NCBI GenBank assembly: GCA_021613535.1
Contig: CP075494.1
Span: 14,322,001-14,386,000 of the forward strand
From: Adineta vaga
Taxonomy: Eukaryota; Animalia; Rotifera
Reading direction: 5' to 3'
Length of the DNA stretch: 64,000 nucleotides
Shown here: positions 1 to 14,066 of the stretch, piece by piece
How positions within the stretch are numbered: position 1 is the first letter of the stretch
Layout: every line of letters starts with the position of its first letter
Notes under the pieces: model-generated
Databases searched by the model: none
What the model saw: the letters and a program-made list of their open reading frames with translations, nothing else
What the model was told of the DNA's origin: nothing
Program-made: the position numbers and the translations under genes

Positions 1-564
1 CGAAAATAAGAGCGTGAGAGAGAGAGTAATACACTCGTCAGAATGAATAAGAAGAAAGAACGAAAGAAATATTGGTTTGTTATTTGCTATTGAAATATAA
101 CACTGCAACGAATATTATTCATGAATCATTTATGACATCAAGGTATCAATGGATATATCGTTACATTTCAAGGCTACTTGATGATTTAGAAGAGAGAGCG
201 AAAAAGAAAACAAAGGTATTTTCACCAATCATTCTGATAATATATGTATTATTGATGTATTTTGTTTATGGTATGGGATACATAGGGTAGAAATCGAACA
301 TTAAAATTGTCCTGTGCATTAATGACGCATATACCGTAAAACTAGATTTGAGTGTAGAATATTATACGAGTTATTCACTTGTTCGATTTTATGTTATGTT
401 ATCGAACGATATATAAATAGAAAAGAAAACGTTTGATTGAAATCCATTGAATAGAACAGAAACTATTAATAAAATACATTAAAAATATCAATTATTTCAA
501 ATAGTTACAATGAAATTCTATATGAATATTGATGTCTATTTTGTAAAGAAAATATCTAATGTCT

Positions 565-3500
565 TTAGCGAACCACACGTTTAGCTGATGAGGTTGATGA
601 TGAACTAGCCGTTGATGAACCACGTGATGATGCTCTTTGTTGTCGTGGTCCAGTTCCACTTGGTGGTCTTGATCCATCTAAATTTGTACGAGAAACATAA
701 AAAGAAAAGAAGAGAATTGTTAATTATTTACCTAAACCAAGTTGTACTGAGCTAACAGGAATTGGCTGTCGTGTTGTTGATGAACGTGATTGTTGAGAGA
801 TCGAACTACGTGTTGAACTTGAACGTACACTTGAAGGAGTACTTGCGATACTTGATAAATTATCCAAATGAGACTAAAAATTCTCACATATGAAATAATA
901 AATATACAGAAAAGAATAATCTACTTGTTCTTTCAACATATTATAACAATGTTTAGCATCGGGATCACCTGAAACAGTTTGATCAATAATTGCATCAAGT
1001 TTTTTATTAAATTCTTTCAAAAGACGATATTCAAAATCGCTCTCTTCAATCAATGGTTCTGCTTGACGACGTGCAGTTCGAACAGCTCTTTTATTCGTCG
1101 CAGTCTAAAACACAGATTTTTTAAAATCTAGTTTTTCAATTTCATTCACATTGAAAAAGACAATTGACATACACTCTTGTCCGCACGAGCTAGTTTTTCA
1201 TCCATTTCTTTCAAATCATTTTCTAATTTTTTCATTTGTGCTTGTTTATCACCATTAACATCAAAACTTGTACTTTGAACAGTACTTAAATCTCGAAGTG
1301 CACGTTCCGTATGCTAAAAAAATCGAAGAATTAAAGAAAAAGAGAAAAGCTTTGCTAAAAATTTTTACTTTCAAATCATTGATAATATTTTCCACTTGTT
1401 TTCGTTTTGCTCGAACTCGATCTGTTAAATGCCGTGATTGTTCTTCTAATTCTTCCATTCGAGCCATTTCATCACCTAAATTATCAATCAATGATATGAA
1501 TAATAATCTCATTCTTCATGGAAATCTTTACTTGATTCAGGTAGTTTTTTGTACGATTGTTTTGTTTGACCGTTTCCACTATTGATAACACGTAATGTAT
1601 TTTGTAATGCTAATAATTCTTGTTCTGCTTTACGATTCTTCGCATCTAATTCATCACCAGCCCGTTGTAATTCTTCTTTTTCTTGTGCAGCCTAAAAACA
1701 TATGCATAGAATTTCTTTTGTTTTCGTATGTATTTCATTACTTTAATGACATAATATGTTTGGGATGTTTCTTCTTCATTTGCACCTTCAGGTGGTGCCA
1801 TCGAAATGTTGACAATTTCATATCTATAGACAAAAATATACGAATTTGTTTGTTTTTGAAAATACAAAACAAATTAAATCGGCAACCTTTTTTTTAATTT
1901 TTCAATTTTAGAAATTCGATCATGTAATTGTGCTGATACTTCAGCTTTTCGTCCATCTTCATCACGTAATTGTTGACGAAGTGTTGTTTGATGTATTGCA
2001 ACTTCACTTCGACGTTCTTTAATTGCCTATAGAAAACAATCAAGAGAATGTAATCTAACTATTCTTCGAAATCTTATTTACTGTTTGAAGTTGTAATTGA
2101 CGTGTTTCAAGATTCATAACATTATCTGCTTTTGAATTGAGTAACGAACGAAGACGTTTAATTTCAGTACGCATTAAATGTTCGTCAACCAATGAATTCT
2201 AAAGATTTAAATTGATTATTTTAATCTTCGAAAGTTTTATCTCGTACTTCTTTTTCTTCATTTAATTTTCTTAGCAATCGCTGAGCATTATCAGCATGTA
2301 ATTCTAATTCTTCGATTTTCTTTGTTTCATTCTTCTTATCACGATCAATATCACTTATATATTTCATTAAACGTCGTGTTTCTTCTTCGATTTTCTTACG
2401 TTGATCATTCAACATGGAAAAATCATCACGTTTACGTTGTAATTCGACTTCTAATTCACTTATTTTTCGTTCAAGCATTGCTTGTTCTTCCGTACTCTTT
2501 TCACCTTGCATACGATTGATACGACGTTCAAGAGATTGCATTTCAAAATCCTAAAAACAAGACAATAAAAAACAAATCAAAAGTAATTGAGAAATTCATA
2601 CCTGATGATAAAGAACTTCTTGTTGTTTTAAAGCTTCATGATCTAATCTATGTGTTTTAAGTTCTAAATTTGTCAATGTAACAACTGAACCATTAATTTC
2701 TGCTTCTAAATTTTTCTCTTTTGCTTTGTAATCAAATACTTCTTGTGTAATTTTAAACATTCGTTCGGATAACATTTTCAATTCACTATTCAATGCCATT
2801 TCACGTTCTTGTTCATCCAAATATAATTTATCCATTTTATTTGCTTTTTCTTCGGCCGTATATTTTGTATCTAAGATTTCACGTTTTTTATCGATTAATT
2901 CACCTTGACGAACTTTAACATCTTCAAGATATTGTCGACGTTCAGTTAATTGTTTTTTCATTTGTGCTAAAGTTGCATTTGCGGCTTCACGATCTTTTTC
3001 TGTACGTTTAACAACACGTCGTAAACCTGATAACTAAATATCATCGAATTCGTATTGAATAATTCAATACAGATAAACTTACTTCATTTTCATATAAAAG
3101 ACGACCTCTTTCCGCATCATCATATTGTGAACGCAATTTGGCTGCCTGTCGTTCAGCCATAGACATTTGTAATTGACGTTCACTGTTATTTCGTTGTTCA
3201 TTATTGTAAAATTCTCGTTTTTCAATGATTTGTTCTTCAACAGTACGTGCATCAGCTTTAAGTTTAACCAATTGCTGTTGAAAAAGAAGAATAGATTTGT
3301 TTAAAAAATCTCAATTCAACTTACAGCCGCTAATAAATCAATATCACGATCACGTTGATGCCTTAAAAAACATAAATCGACATTCGATTCTTAAAAACGA
3401 ATGATATGGGTTATAGTCTTACATTTGGTCGATAATATCTTCCCATCGTGCCAATAATTCTTGTCGATGTTTATGGGAACGTCGAAAGTTACTGGCAGTT

Positions 3501-4401
3501 TTATCAAGTTCGACCTATTGAAGAAAGAAAATAATTTTTTGAAATAAAATAGTTAAAAATATCTCTTTACTTGAATACTAGTGGTATCCATAATTTCACT
3601 TTCAACTGCACGCTTTTTCTTATTCGATTCTTCAGTCATACGTTCGATTTTCAGCATCAACTCCTATTTTAAATCAAATAAATTTACAGATTGCAATACA
3701 GTTTGATATTCTTACTTTCACTTTTGCTTCATCTTGTCTAGTATATTTCATTAATGCCATAACATCTTCATCCTTTTGTGCGGATTCTTCAAGCCAGGCT
3801 TCTAATGCTTGTTGATCCCATTTGATTTGTGCTTTCATCTCATCCAATGATTGATTGACACGAAAAACTTCATCCTGAAATGAATTGATTATGCCTCTTT
3901 TTTATCAATGAAAATTTGAATTTGATTCTACCGCTAAACCACTTTTACGATCTTTAATCGTTGTGATTTCATTTTCAACTCGTAAAATATCTTGTTTTAA
4001 TCGACCCATTTCACGTTCATTGAGCATTTTCATGTGCTCTTCTGTTTGAACTTCATGTTTACGTGCATTGAACAGTCTCTACAATTGAGAAAAAACAGCA
4101 AAGATTTGTTTTCAAGTAACACTCTATTGATTTCTACTTGTGTTGTTCCTAATTCGTCTTGAACATTCTTTAGATGATCTTCTAACATATGAATCTTAGT
4201 AACGTTTTCATCGAGATCACTTTGTGTTAATTGAACACGACGTTGCTTTGTTTCAATCTAAAATTACGATTTCATTTATAGAGAAATATAAAATATTATT
4301 CATACCTTAGATTCTAATTCTCGATTTTCAGCATTTGGAATACGTGGTGCAAGAGCTGGTCCAAGTCCATTGAATTCTTCTAGTTGATAATTGGTACTCA
4401 T
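565..4401 (-). CDS. CCDC39: Coiled-coil domain-containing protein 39 (axonemal ruler), multi-exon
   Basis: N-terminus [32 protein letters not shown]; long coiled-coil exons (ORFs 1261-3271) such as [15 protein letters not shown] and [14 protein letters not shown]; Ser-rich C-terminus ending ...SAKRVVR-TAA at 565. Confidence 0.85.
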
Positions 4402-4670
4402 TGTGTTTTTAATAGAAAAATTTACAAAAAAAAAAGAAATTCTAATGTCTTGTTTTGATCGTTCGTATCGAAGTGAAACAGGCAAACAATAAGAATGAAG
4501 GCATCATGGAGAAATTCATCGTCATGGTAAAATCTTTCTTCGAGGAGAAAAAGTATCGTATTGGTTGATTTTAACCAATCGTTGGAAATAAATTGAATCA
4601 TACAGAATGAGTTCTCTTCTCTTGCTCATTGTTTTACTCATGGTAACTTGATTGAATTCGATCGATTTCT

Positions 4671-7085
4671 ATGGCTAGTAATCCAGAATTTCGAAGAGTT
4701 GTGAATTATACTGATCTTGAAGTATTACTTGAATGTATGAGATATACATTTCAATTGTCTTGACATTGTCTATATCTTTAAATTCTCTTCTAGGTCCGTT
4801 ATGTCTTGATCGATTCGATCAACCTCGTACGCTTTTGCAATCATATATTTCAACTTCTTGTATTCTGAATATCTATTTAGGTCTGATACCATGTGGCCAT
4901 ACATATTGTACAAAATGTTTAAATGAATTATGTGCAGGGAATGATGCAATTATCTGTCCACAATGTCGAAGACAACATGATGTACCTTCTGCGGGTATCA
5001 ATGTTTTTCCTCGAAATTTATCATATCAACAATTACTTGATATTAGAACAGAACAATTAGTATCAACACGACAATGTCAGGTAATATTCTATAATGAGTG
5101 AAAAAATGCATTTGTTTTGAAAGCTATTAACGATGAATTCTTACTTCATAGGTGTGTGATAAAAAACGTGCCTTTTCCGATTGTCTACATTGTCATAAAG
5201 CTGTTTGTCTTGATTGTAAGCGAATACATCGACAAGAACTAACAACAACAACAGACACACTTCTCATGAATCTATCAGAATCAACGGATCTTTGCAAAGG
5301 TTTTAATTTCAGTCGAAATATTTTGTAAAATCTTATTTGACTTATTCTATTCAGATATGTTGGGTACAGAAGTAACGGCTTTTTTAACCCATTGTGATGA
5401 AGTAAAAAAACAAATTTCAACATATGCAAAAGAAATGATTGATTTAATCAAACAACAAGAGAATCAATTGAGTTATGAATTAGATGACATGATTGCCCAG
5501 CAATTAGAGTAATGAATTGATGGATAAAACTGAATCTTATTGTGTTTTTTTCTTTCTAGAGGATCTAAAAAAACTCTTTTACGATTTGAAAAAAGTAAAG
5601 AAGAAATTGGTAAATTTGTTCGATCATCTAAACAGAAAATTGCTCGGTAAGAAAACGCTATGAGAAATATTCAGGATGATTATTTTGTAAAATTCCAATC
5701 AACAGAAATGAATCTCTTCTGGATGAACAATATATTGAAATTCAAAATAATATCACTAAACATTTAACGACAATACAAAATGTTATAACAAATCTGAAAC
5801 AAAAACGAAAAGATGTAAAGTTTGATCAATCAATTGTTTTCATTTATAACTTTCTTTGTTCAGATTATTTTTACACCAGCTCTTCGTCGACAAGATCGTC
5901 TTGGTGAATTAAGTCTCACTTCAATGGTTTCCCCAACAGATCATCCGACATCTCCATCAATGACTATTGATGATAATAAAAATCCTCAAGAACAACAACA
6001 ACAACAACAGCAGCAGCAACTAGCACCAATATCTGGAGTTCGGGAAGTTGGAAAATGGGGAAATGGACCATTGGAATTTTGGTGTCCATGTGGTTTAGCA
6101 ATTACACGCAATAATGAACATCTGATTGTTGTTGATAGTTGGAATCATCGAATACAGGTTTGTTCTTGCTATTGAATAAAAACAAAATCAGAATATATTT
6201 TCTTTTTCAATATATAGATGCTCACAATCAATGGTCAATTTATTCGTACAACATCTGGTACGAAAGGATCTGGACTTGATGAATTGAATAACCCACGTGA
6301 TGTTTGTATAAATACTACTAATGAATGGCTTATTGTATCGGATTCGGGTAATCATCGATTAGTTGTTTATGATATAAATCAATTTCAAGTTCAACGCATA
6401 ATTGGTGGAAATGAATCTCAATTAAATCTACATTTACCTTTTGGAATTTGTTGTGATGAAAATGATTCGTTGTATGTTTGTGATCGTGGAAATAATCGAA
6501 TTGTTGTTGTACGTTTTAATGATGGAATGTTTCTTCGACAATGGGGACGAAAAGGTGCTCAACACGGTGAATTTAATACACCAGACTTTATATGTTGTCG
6601 ACAAAATATTGTAGCTGTATCAGATTTTAATAATCATCGAATACAAGTATTTACATTAAATGGACAATTTCTTTTTACATTTGGAAAAATAGGAATGGGT
6701 GATGTTGGAGAATTTCGATATCCCAGAGGAATTGCCATTGATGATGAAGGATATTTTATAGTAAAAAGATTCTTTTTTTTCTTCTCTAAGATTTCTTCTC
6801 TACCAAAATATTTGATTTTAGGTCGCTGATTGGATGAACAACCGTTTACAGGTACAAAAAGTAACTGATGGTGTGACGTGTGATATGTTTTACTTGATAT
6901 TTTAGTTATTCACACCCAATGGAGAACTTTCTGCAATTGTTAGTGATAAAAATTCAGATACATCTAAGGATGAATTAACACCTTTCAAAGTTGCATTTGA
7001 TCGACCAATTGGTATAACTGTTTCCAGTCAAGGTGTAGTTTTCGTTACGGAATGGGGTCGATCACATCGAATTATTGTTTATTAA
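4671..7085 (+). CDS. TRIM-NHL type protein (RING, B-box-like, coiled coil, NHL repeats)
   Basis: Spliced RING C-PLCLDRF...PCGHTYCTKC...CPQCR; CQVC...CLHC B-box-like segment; NHL repeats (DSWNHRIQV, DSGNHRL, DRGNNRI, DFNNHRIQVF); stop at 7083-7085. Confidence 0.85.
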
Positions 7086-7777
7086 ATATATGTTTGCACC
7101 AGTGATTTTCTTTCCTTCTTTTGTAGACTTATTTTCTTATATTTATATACATTCATTTATCTTGAACTTTATCCGTCCAAAAATCAATCATTTCAAATCA
7201 ATTTATTAGAAACATTTGCTTTGTAGTATTAGTATATTATAATAAAATCTTTTCGAAGCTTTGTTATAAACAATAGAAAAACAATGAGAATTGATGTACT
7301 TTATCTCATGTTCGACTAGTATCTTTTCGAACTACAACAATTAAAATCCACAAGGAATTATATCATTTGTCTATACAAATGAGTTTTACATCGAAATATG
7401 AAATAATAAAGAATATGTTTGGTAATGCCATTGTCATCTATTTTAAATAATAAGATATGTTTTCGGGGAAAAAAAACGTTTTCAACGACAACCAAAAAAC
7501 TGAATGAAAATCAACGTAAATAAAATGTCTATACTACTAAGAAATGATAAAATAAAAAAACCGAATTAACAAAAAAACGGATGAAACGAATATAACGAAA
7601 AAATCTACAAAACACACTCTCTTTAGGTGAGATCTCTTTGCATTGATAAAATATTCATCGAAAGAAAAAGAAATTCAACATTTTCTTTTTCTTCGTTGTA
7701 CTTTTTAGGAAAAAAAAGAAAAGAACTTGAATCCTTCTCATTTCATTGAGAAGAATTGTTTGAATTGTTCTTTCATT

Positions 7778-9240
<1,463 letters not shown>

Positions 9241-10192
9241 AACCACAAAATGTAAATCGAGTAAAAATATCAGTTGTTCAATATGACCGTACTTAGTCGA
9301 TTTTCTTCTTGCTTATATTTATCGATAGGAAGAGAAGAAGAGAAAATTTTCTATCTTAACACATATGATGATTATTCTTCGATCGAATCGTATGTATAGA
9401 AAATCCAGGCATATATTTACAATGAAACATAATAGAAACGACCGAGTACAAACAAGGTATCTTTGTATATTATTCACTATGTCTTTTCAAACTAAGAAGA
9501 CAATTATTGTGATTCAATGTATGGATATTTTCTTGTAATAAGAAAGTCTTCGTTCGAAATTGATGAGTGAAAAGATTAGATAAATTTATCGTTCGTTTAA
9601 TATATTTATCAAAATCATATTAAAAAACGATTGATTTGTTACTTAAAATACGTCCAATAAAAGCAATTTTTCGCTTTTTAATAACTGTGAAATAAACAGA
9701 AAATCGTTTTCTTTTTTTTTTGTGTCGTCTATCATTCATCTTGATATATAATAGAAAAACGAAACACAATTATCAAGAAACGTCCTTTCTTTTTGTGTCT
9801 ACTATATAGTCATTTACACATAAATAAAGTTACTCATCAGAGTCTATGTTATCAGTTCACATGAACCGAGTTATACTTGTACTTTTGCTGAATGTTAATA
9901 CACGTCAAGAAGAAGAGAAGTTAATCGAATAGTAATTCGAAATCTAAGTATGTGTTGATGGATAGTAGCGCTATTTTACTATTGGATTGAAAGTATTTGT
10001 TGGATCAAACAAGATAGGTAAGTAGGTAAGAAGGGATATGATGATAACTTGATTTTTTGATTATTTATTTCTTGTTTTTTAATACTTGAATATAAGCTTT
10101 GATCATTGAAATCAGTTTCTAGATCTTTTATAGCGCTTCGTGCGCCATCGATACTTTTGAATATACTCACTTGATCAACGAAAAACGACGAT

Positions 10193-12001
10193 ATGAGTTT
10201 AGAACGGGATCGAAGCAATAATAATAGATCATCACGTTATCATGATTATTTAATAAAACTTCGAGGAATATCTTGTTCATCAACAAAAGATGATATTAAA
10301 AAGTTTCTTCATCGTAAGTTATTCAAAACTGATTAAAAAGATGATTTTCAACTTTGTTTTTGTTTTAGCATGTCGAATTGTGAATATTTATTTATTTAAT
10401 AATAAAGATAAATCATCAGGTGAATGTTTAGTTGATCTACAATCAGAAACAGATGTTCGAAATGCATTAGAAAAAACGAATCAATATTTGGAAAGTCGCT
10501 ATATTGAAAGTAATATTATGAGTTAAATCGGGATATCGAATTCAATTTTTTATATGATTTAGTTTTTCGATCGACGAATTATGAATATAATTTCTTTATA
10601 AAAAATAAAGGAACTATTTTATGGCGTGAACCTGTTCTTCGGATGAATGGTCTTCCATATAGTTGTACAATGGGTGATGTACAACTATTTTTCAAAAGTA
10701 TTGAAAACGTAGAACTATTGTCTTTGTTGTTTTAATGAAAAAAATCTTTTAGATATTGAAATTGCTCGAAATGGTATTTATATTACACGTGATATGTCGG
10801 ATAATGCATTGGGTGGTGGATATGTGGCATTTGTTAGTATGGATAATGCCTATAAAGCAATTGATCTTTATAATCAAAAACGTATTGAACACAGGTTCGG
10901 CTCTTCCGAAAAAATATAGAAGGAGAGTTAGGTGAGAAATGAGGTGTGTTGATCACAATGGTGCTGTCGACATCGTTGTCAGGTAGAGACTAACAAATTT
11001 ATATCGTGAAATATGTGTATCTTCGTTATTTGTTTGTCTCATGAATGTTTTTTTTTGATTATCAAAGAATATTTTCTTTTTTATTAAGGTATATTGAATT
11101 GATTCCATCGACGTATGATGAAGCAGAAAAAGCAATTACGAATGATGCATACTTGAATTCTAAACGATTTTCAGGTGAAGATCAAGATGAAACAAAGAAA
11201 ACAAATATAAAACGAAGTCGTAGTAATCGACAATCACGATCAGATAGTCGAGGTAAATCAATGATTCAATTCCTATTTGTTTAATTGAATTTTTATTGAA
11301 TAAAAAAGATCATCATTATCGATCAGTGAAACGTCGTTCAACATCAATTTCTCCTCGATCACGAACTCATCGTAAAATGAATGATTTAGAAAGTCGAATA
11401 GACATTCATTTATTGAATAGGTTCACAAAATCATCATCGACAAAGTCATAGTCGAAGTCCAATTCGTCGTTCATCACCAGTACCGAATGAAAATGGTGAA
11501 TATTTAATTAAAATGCGTGGTATGCCTTATACAGTCGTTGAAAGTGATATTTGTCAGGTAGATTTTTTTCTTTGGAAAATATTTTCCTATAAAATATTAT
11601 TAGTTCTTTCCATCAACTTGTCAACCGGTGCGCATTGATATTATACAAGATCGTCGTTTGAAACGTCCTAATGGTGATGGTCATGTTTATTTTAGTACGA
11701 AAGAAGAAGTTATTGAAGCAATGAAATGTGATAGAAAATATATGGGTAAAAAACAATCGTTGTTTGTTTTTCTATGATTCTGAAAAAGAATATCGTTTAG
11801 GTAATCGTTATATCGAACTTTATAATACTTCAATTCGTCATTCTTCATCGAGCAATCGACGTAGTGATACTCCTCCTCATTCATCTCGTTCTCGTTCTCG
11901 GTCGAAAACAAAAACTGATAATCTAAGTCGATCACGAAGTATGTTTTTCTTTTCCACTAATTACCCATTTGATTTCATTCAATCGTCTAGGTCAATCATA
12001 A
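10193..12001 (+). CDS. hnRNP F/H-type quasi-RRM protein with RS-rich linkers
   Basis: Three qRRMs (IKLRGI...RYIEVF; LRMNGLPY...HRYIEL; IKMRGMPY...NRYIELY) separated and followed by SR dipeptide-rich tracts; the last exon boundary is approximate. Confidence 0.8.
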
Positions 12002-12030
12002 CAATGAATGTATAAATACAGGAATAAAAC

Positions 12031-12243
12031 AAAAAAGAATTTTCTGGATACTATTTTTCTTGAGGAAGTCTTTTCTTTTTCTATTACGTTCATTTCTACT
12101 CAATTCGAGTGTGATATATTGGCTAACCTTTAATTTGTTTATTTATTAAAATTAATTTGGGATCGTTTTATTTTGTTTTTCTGTTTGATTTCACAATAAA
12201 ATAAAATAAAAGAGAAAAAATCTTATCATTTCATATGAAATAT
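12031..12243 (+). repeat. Direct repeat A, copy 1 (~213 bp; 3' flank of the hnRNP gene)
   Basis: Aligns by eye without gaps to 12834-13046 at roughly 90% identity. Confidence 0.95.
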
Positions 12244-12299
12244 GATTTCTTCAGTTGTTACTGGAATTTATTCGAAGGGCTTTGATCTGAGAATAAATC

Positions 12300-12833
12300 T
12301 TTATGAAGATGTGGTCAAGTTTTTTTTATCGGAAGCTTCAAGGAATGATACAACATGGATTAAGATTTTGAAAACAAGAACATATGTTTTGACTATTTTT
12401 TCGTTTGTTTTTGTTCTTTCTGTCATAAAACTTGTACCAATACTTTTAAAAAAACTTTGAAATATATTTAGAGACTATTTGAGGAGCATTGGTGTGGATG
12501 AATTGATGCACAATGCCCTCTATAGTCCACGATAATTTTCTATCAATCGTGTTTTTCTTACCAGAATTTCTGTTCATTTTCTTTCAATCTATCATCTATA
12601 CTAAGAGCTTGCTCTCTATTTACCGTAAAAATATCCATGCAATTGACACTGTTGTCATAGTATTTCGTGATTGAATATGATCGAAACTGAATTCATCATT
12701 TTCCAGATAACTATTAGATATTTCTATCTTTAATTACAATGCATATTTATTGAAGAAAGGAATGATAACATTCACTGTTGCATTAAATACAGGCTAAGAG
12801 ATTAATAAATCCTGTACCTACATAATTCAGAAA
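12300..12833 (-). pseudogene. Internally deleted remnant of the CE1 esterase last exon plus its 3' flank
   Basis: 12300-12790 is the reverse complement of 54644-55135; 12788-12830 matches the intron/exon-3 start (54181-54221 and 15648-15690); about 425 nt of exon 3 is missing. Confidence 0.9.
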
Positions 12834-13046
12834 AAAAAAGAATTTTCTGGGTACTATTTTTCTGAAGGAAGTCTTTTCTTTTTCTACTACATTCATTTCT
12901 ACTGAATTCGAGTGTGATATATTCACTAATTTTTAATTTGTTTATTTATCAAAATTAATTCGAGATCGTTTTATTTTGTTTTTCTATTTGATTTCACAAT
13001 AAAATAAAATAAAAGAGAAAAAATCTTATCATTTCTTATGAAATAT
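12834..13046 (+). repeat. Direct repeat A, copy 2
   Basis: Matches 12031-12243. Confidence 0.95.
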
Positions 13047-13130
13047 ATAAATACTGATAAAAAATAATATCAACCTTCTTTTTTCATTGATTATCACTAT
13101 GACAATTTAATCAAAAAAGAAAACTTTCAC

Positions 13131-13724
13131 ATGGAAAAAGTTGTTTTCGATTACTTACGTTTACTTGATATTGATCCAACTGGTTCATTTCTTCGATTAA
13201 TCAATTTTTCTCATGAAAAATCTCTTGATCTTAAGAACATAACTATTCAACAAGTGAATGACAATGATCAAGTATTAAATTCATATACATTTCATCCACA
13301 AACACGATCTCTATTACGTCATGATGAAATCGTTACTATTTATTCGAATAATTATCGACAAATGAAATTTGATAATGAACCTTATATGTTCATTGCTCAA
13401 GACATTTCACGATGGTCGATCAATGATGACATTCAAACAAAACTTTCTTTCAAGAACATCATTTTTCATTCACAAAATTTAAGCAGAGCAAATCCAAATG
13501 ATATTCCATTCCTTTTCATTCAAAATTCAATTGATTCAACACAAATACCAACTAAAACTAAATTTCATTCAAATCAATATGGAGAATTCCATTTTCCTTA
13601 TTGTTTATCTACTGAGAATGTCGTCAATCCACATACCCGCGGTATTGATCAAAAACTTCGCAAAAAAAGTGTCAACAATTTCGATTCATATCCAAGACGA
13701 TTGACTACTACACCTAAAATATAA
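13131..13724 (+). CDS. Lamin-tail-domain (LTD) containing protein without a rod domain
   Basis: LLDIDPTGSFLRLINFSHEKSLDLKNITIQQ...SYTF...IVTIYS resembles the LTD Ig-like fold consensus; single 197-aa ORF. Confidence 0.6.
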   Translation: MEKVVFDYLRLLDIDPTGSFLRLINFSHEKSLDLKNITIQQVNDNDQVLNSYTFHPQTRSLLRHDEIVTIYSNNYRQMKFDNEPYMFIAQDISRWSINDDIQTKLSFKNIIFHSQNLSRANPNDIPFLFIQNSIDSTQIPTKTKFHSNQYGEFHFPYCLSTENVVNPHTRGIDQKLRKKSVNNFDSYPRRLTTTPKI

Positions 13725-14066
13725 CCTTTCAACGGTGGAAAAATTTTCTTCAAATATCCTTTTCATTTAACATTTGTCATATGATACTACGAGGTCTAAA
13801 ATACACGAATCATGCAAATAGAAACGACGAAAAGAGTTAGAATGCACCATTAGAAGAGAAAAAAGAAGAAGTAATGTCGTCCCTCGTATATATTGCTGGA
13901 TACTTTTGAAGATAATCCTCTGAAAGGATTATATCTCTCATTTAATTTTAATCGTTGTTTCAATAGGATATACGTCATTTATTTTGCTCTTTCTCTTTTT
14001 ATTCATCTATTTTCATAAAAAAGCGATGTCATAATCCAAATAAACACATTCTATTCATTCTTAACT

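Noticed and set aside
12242-12460. 72-aa ORF with hydrophobic tail
   Set aside because: Lies largely in sequence homologous to the non-coding 3' flank of esterase copy 2; probably a chance ORF
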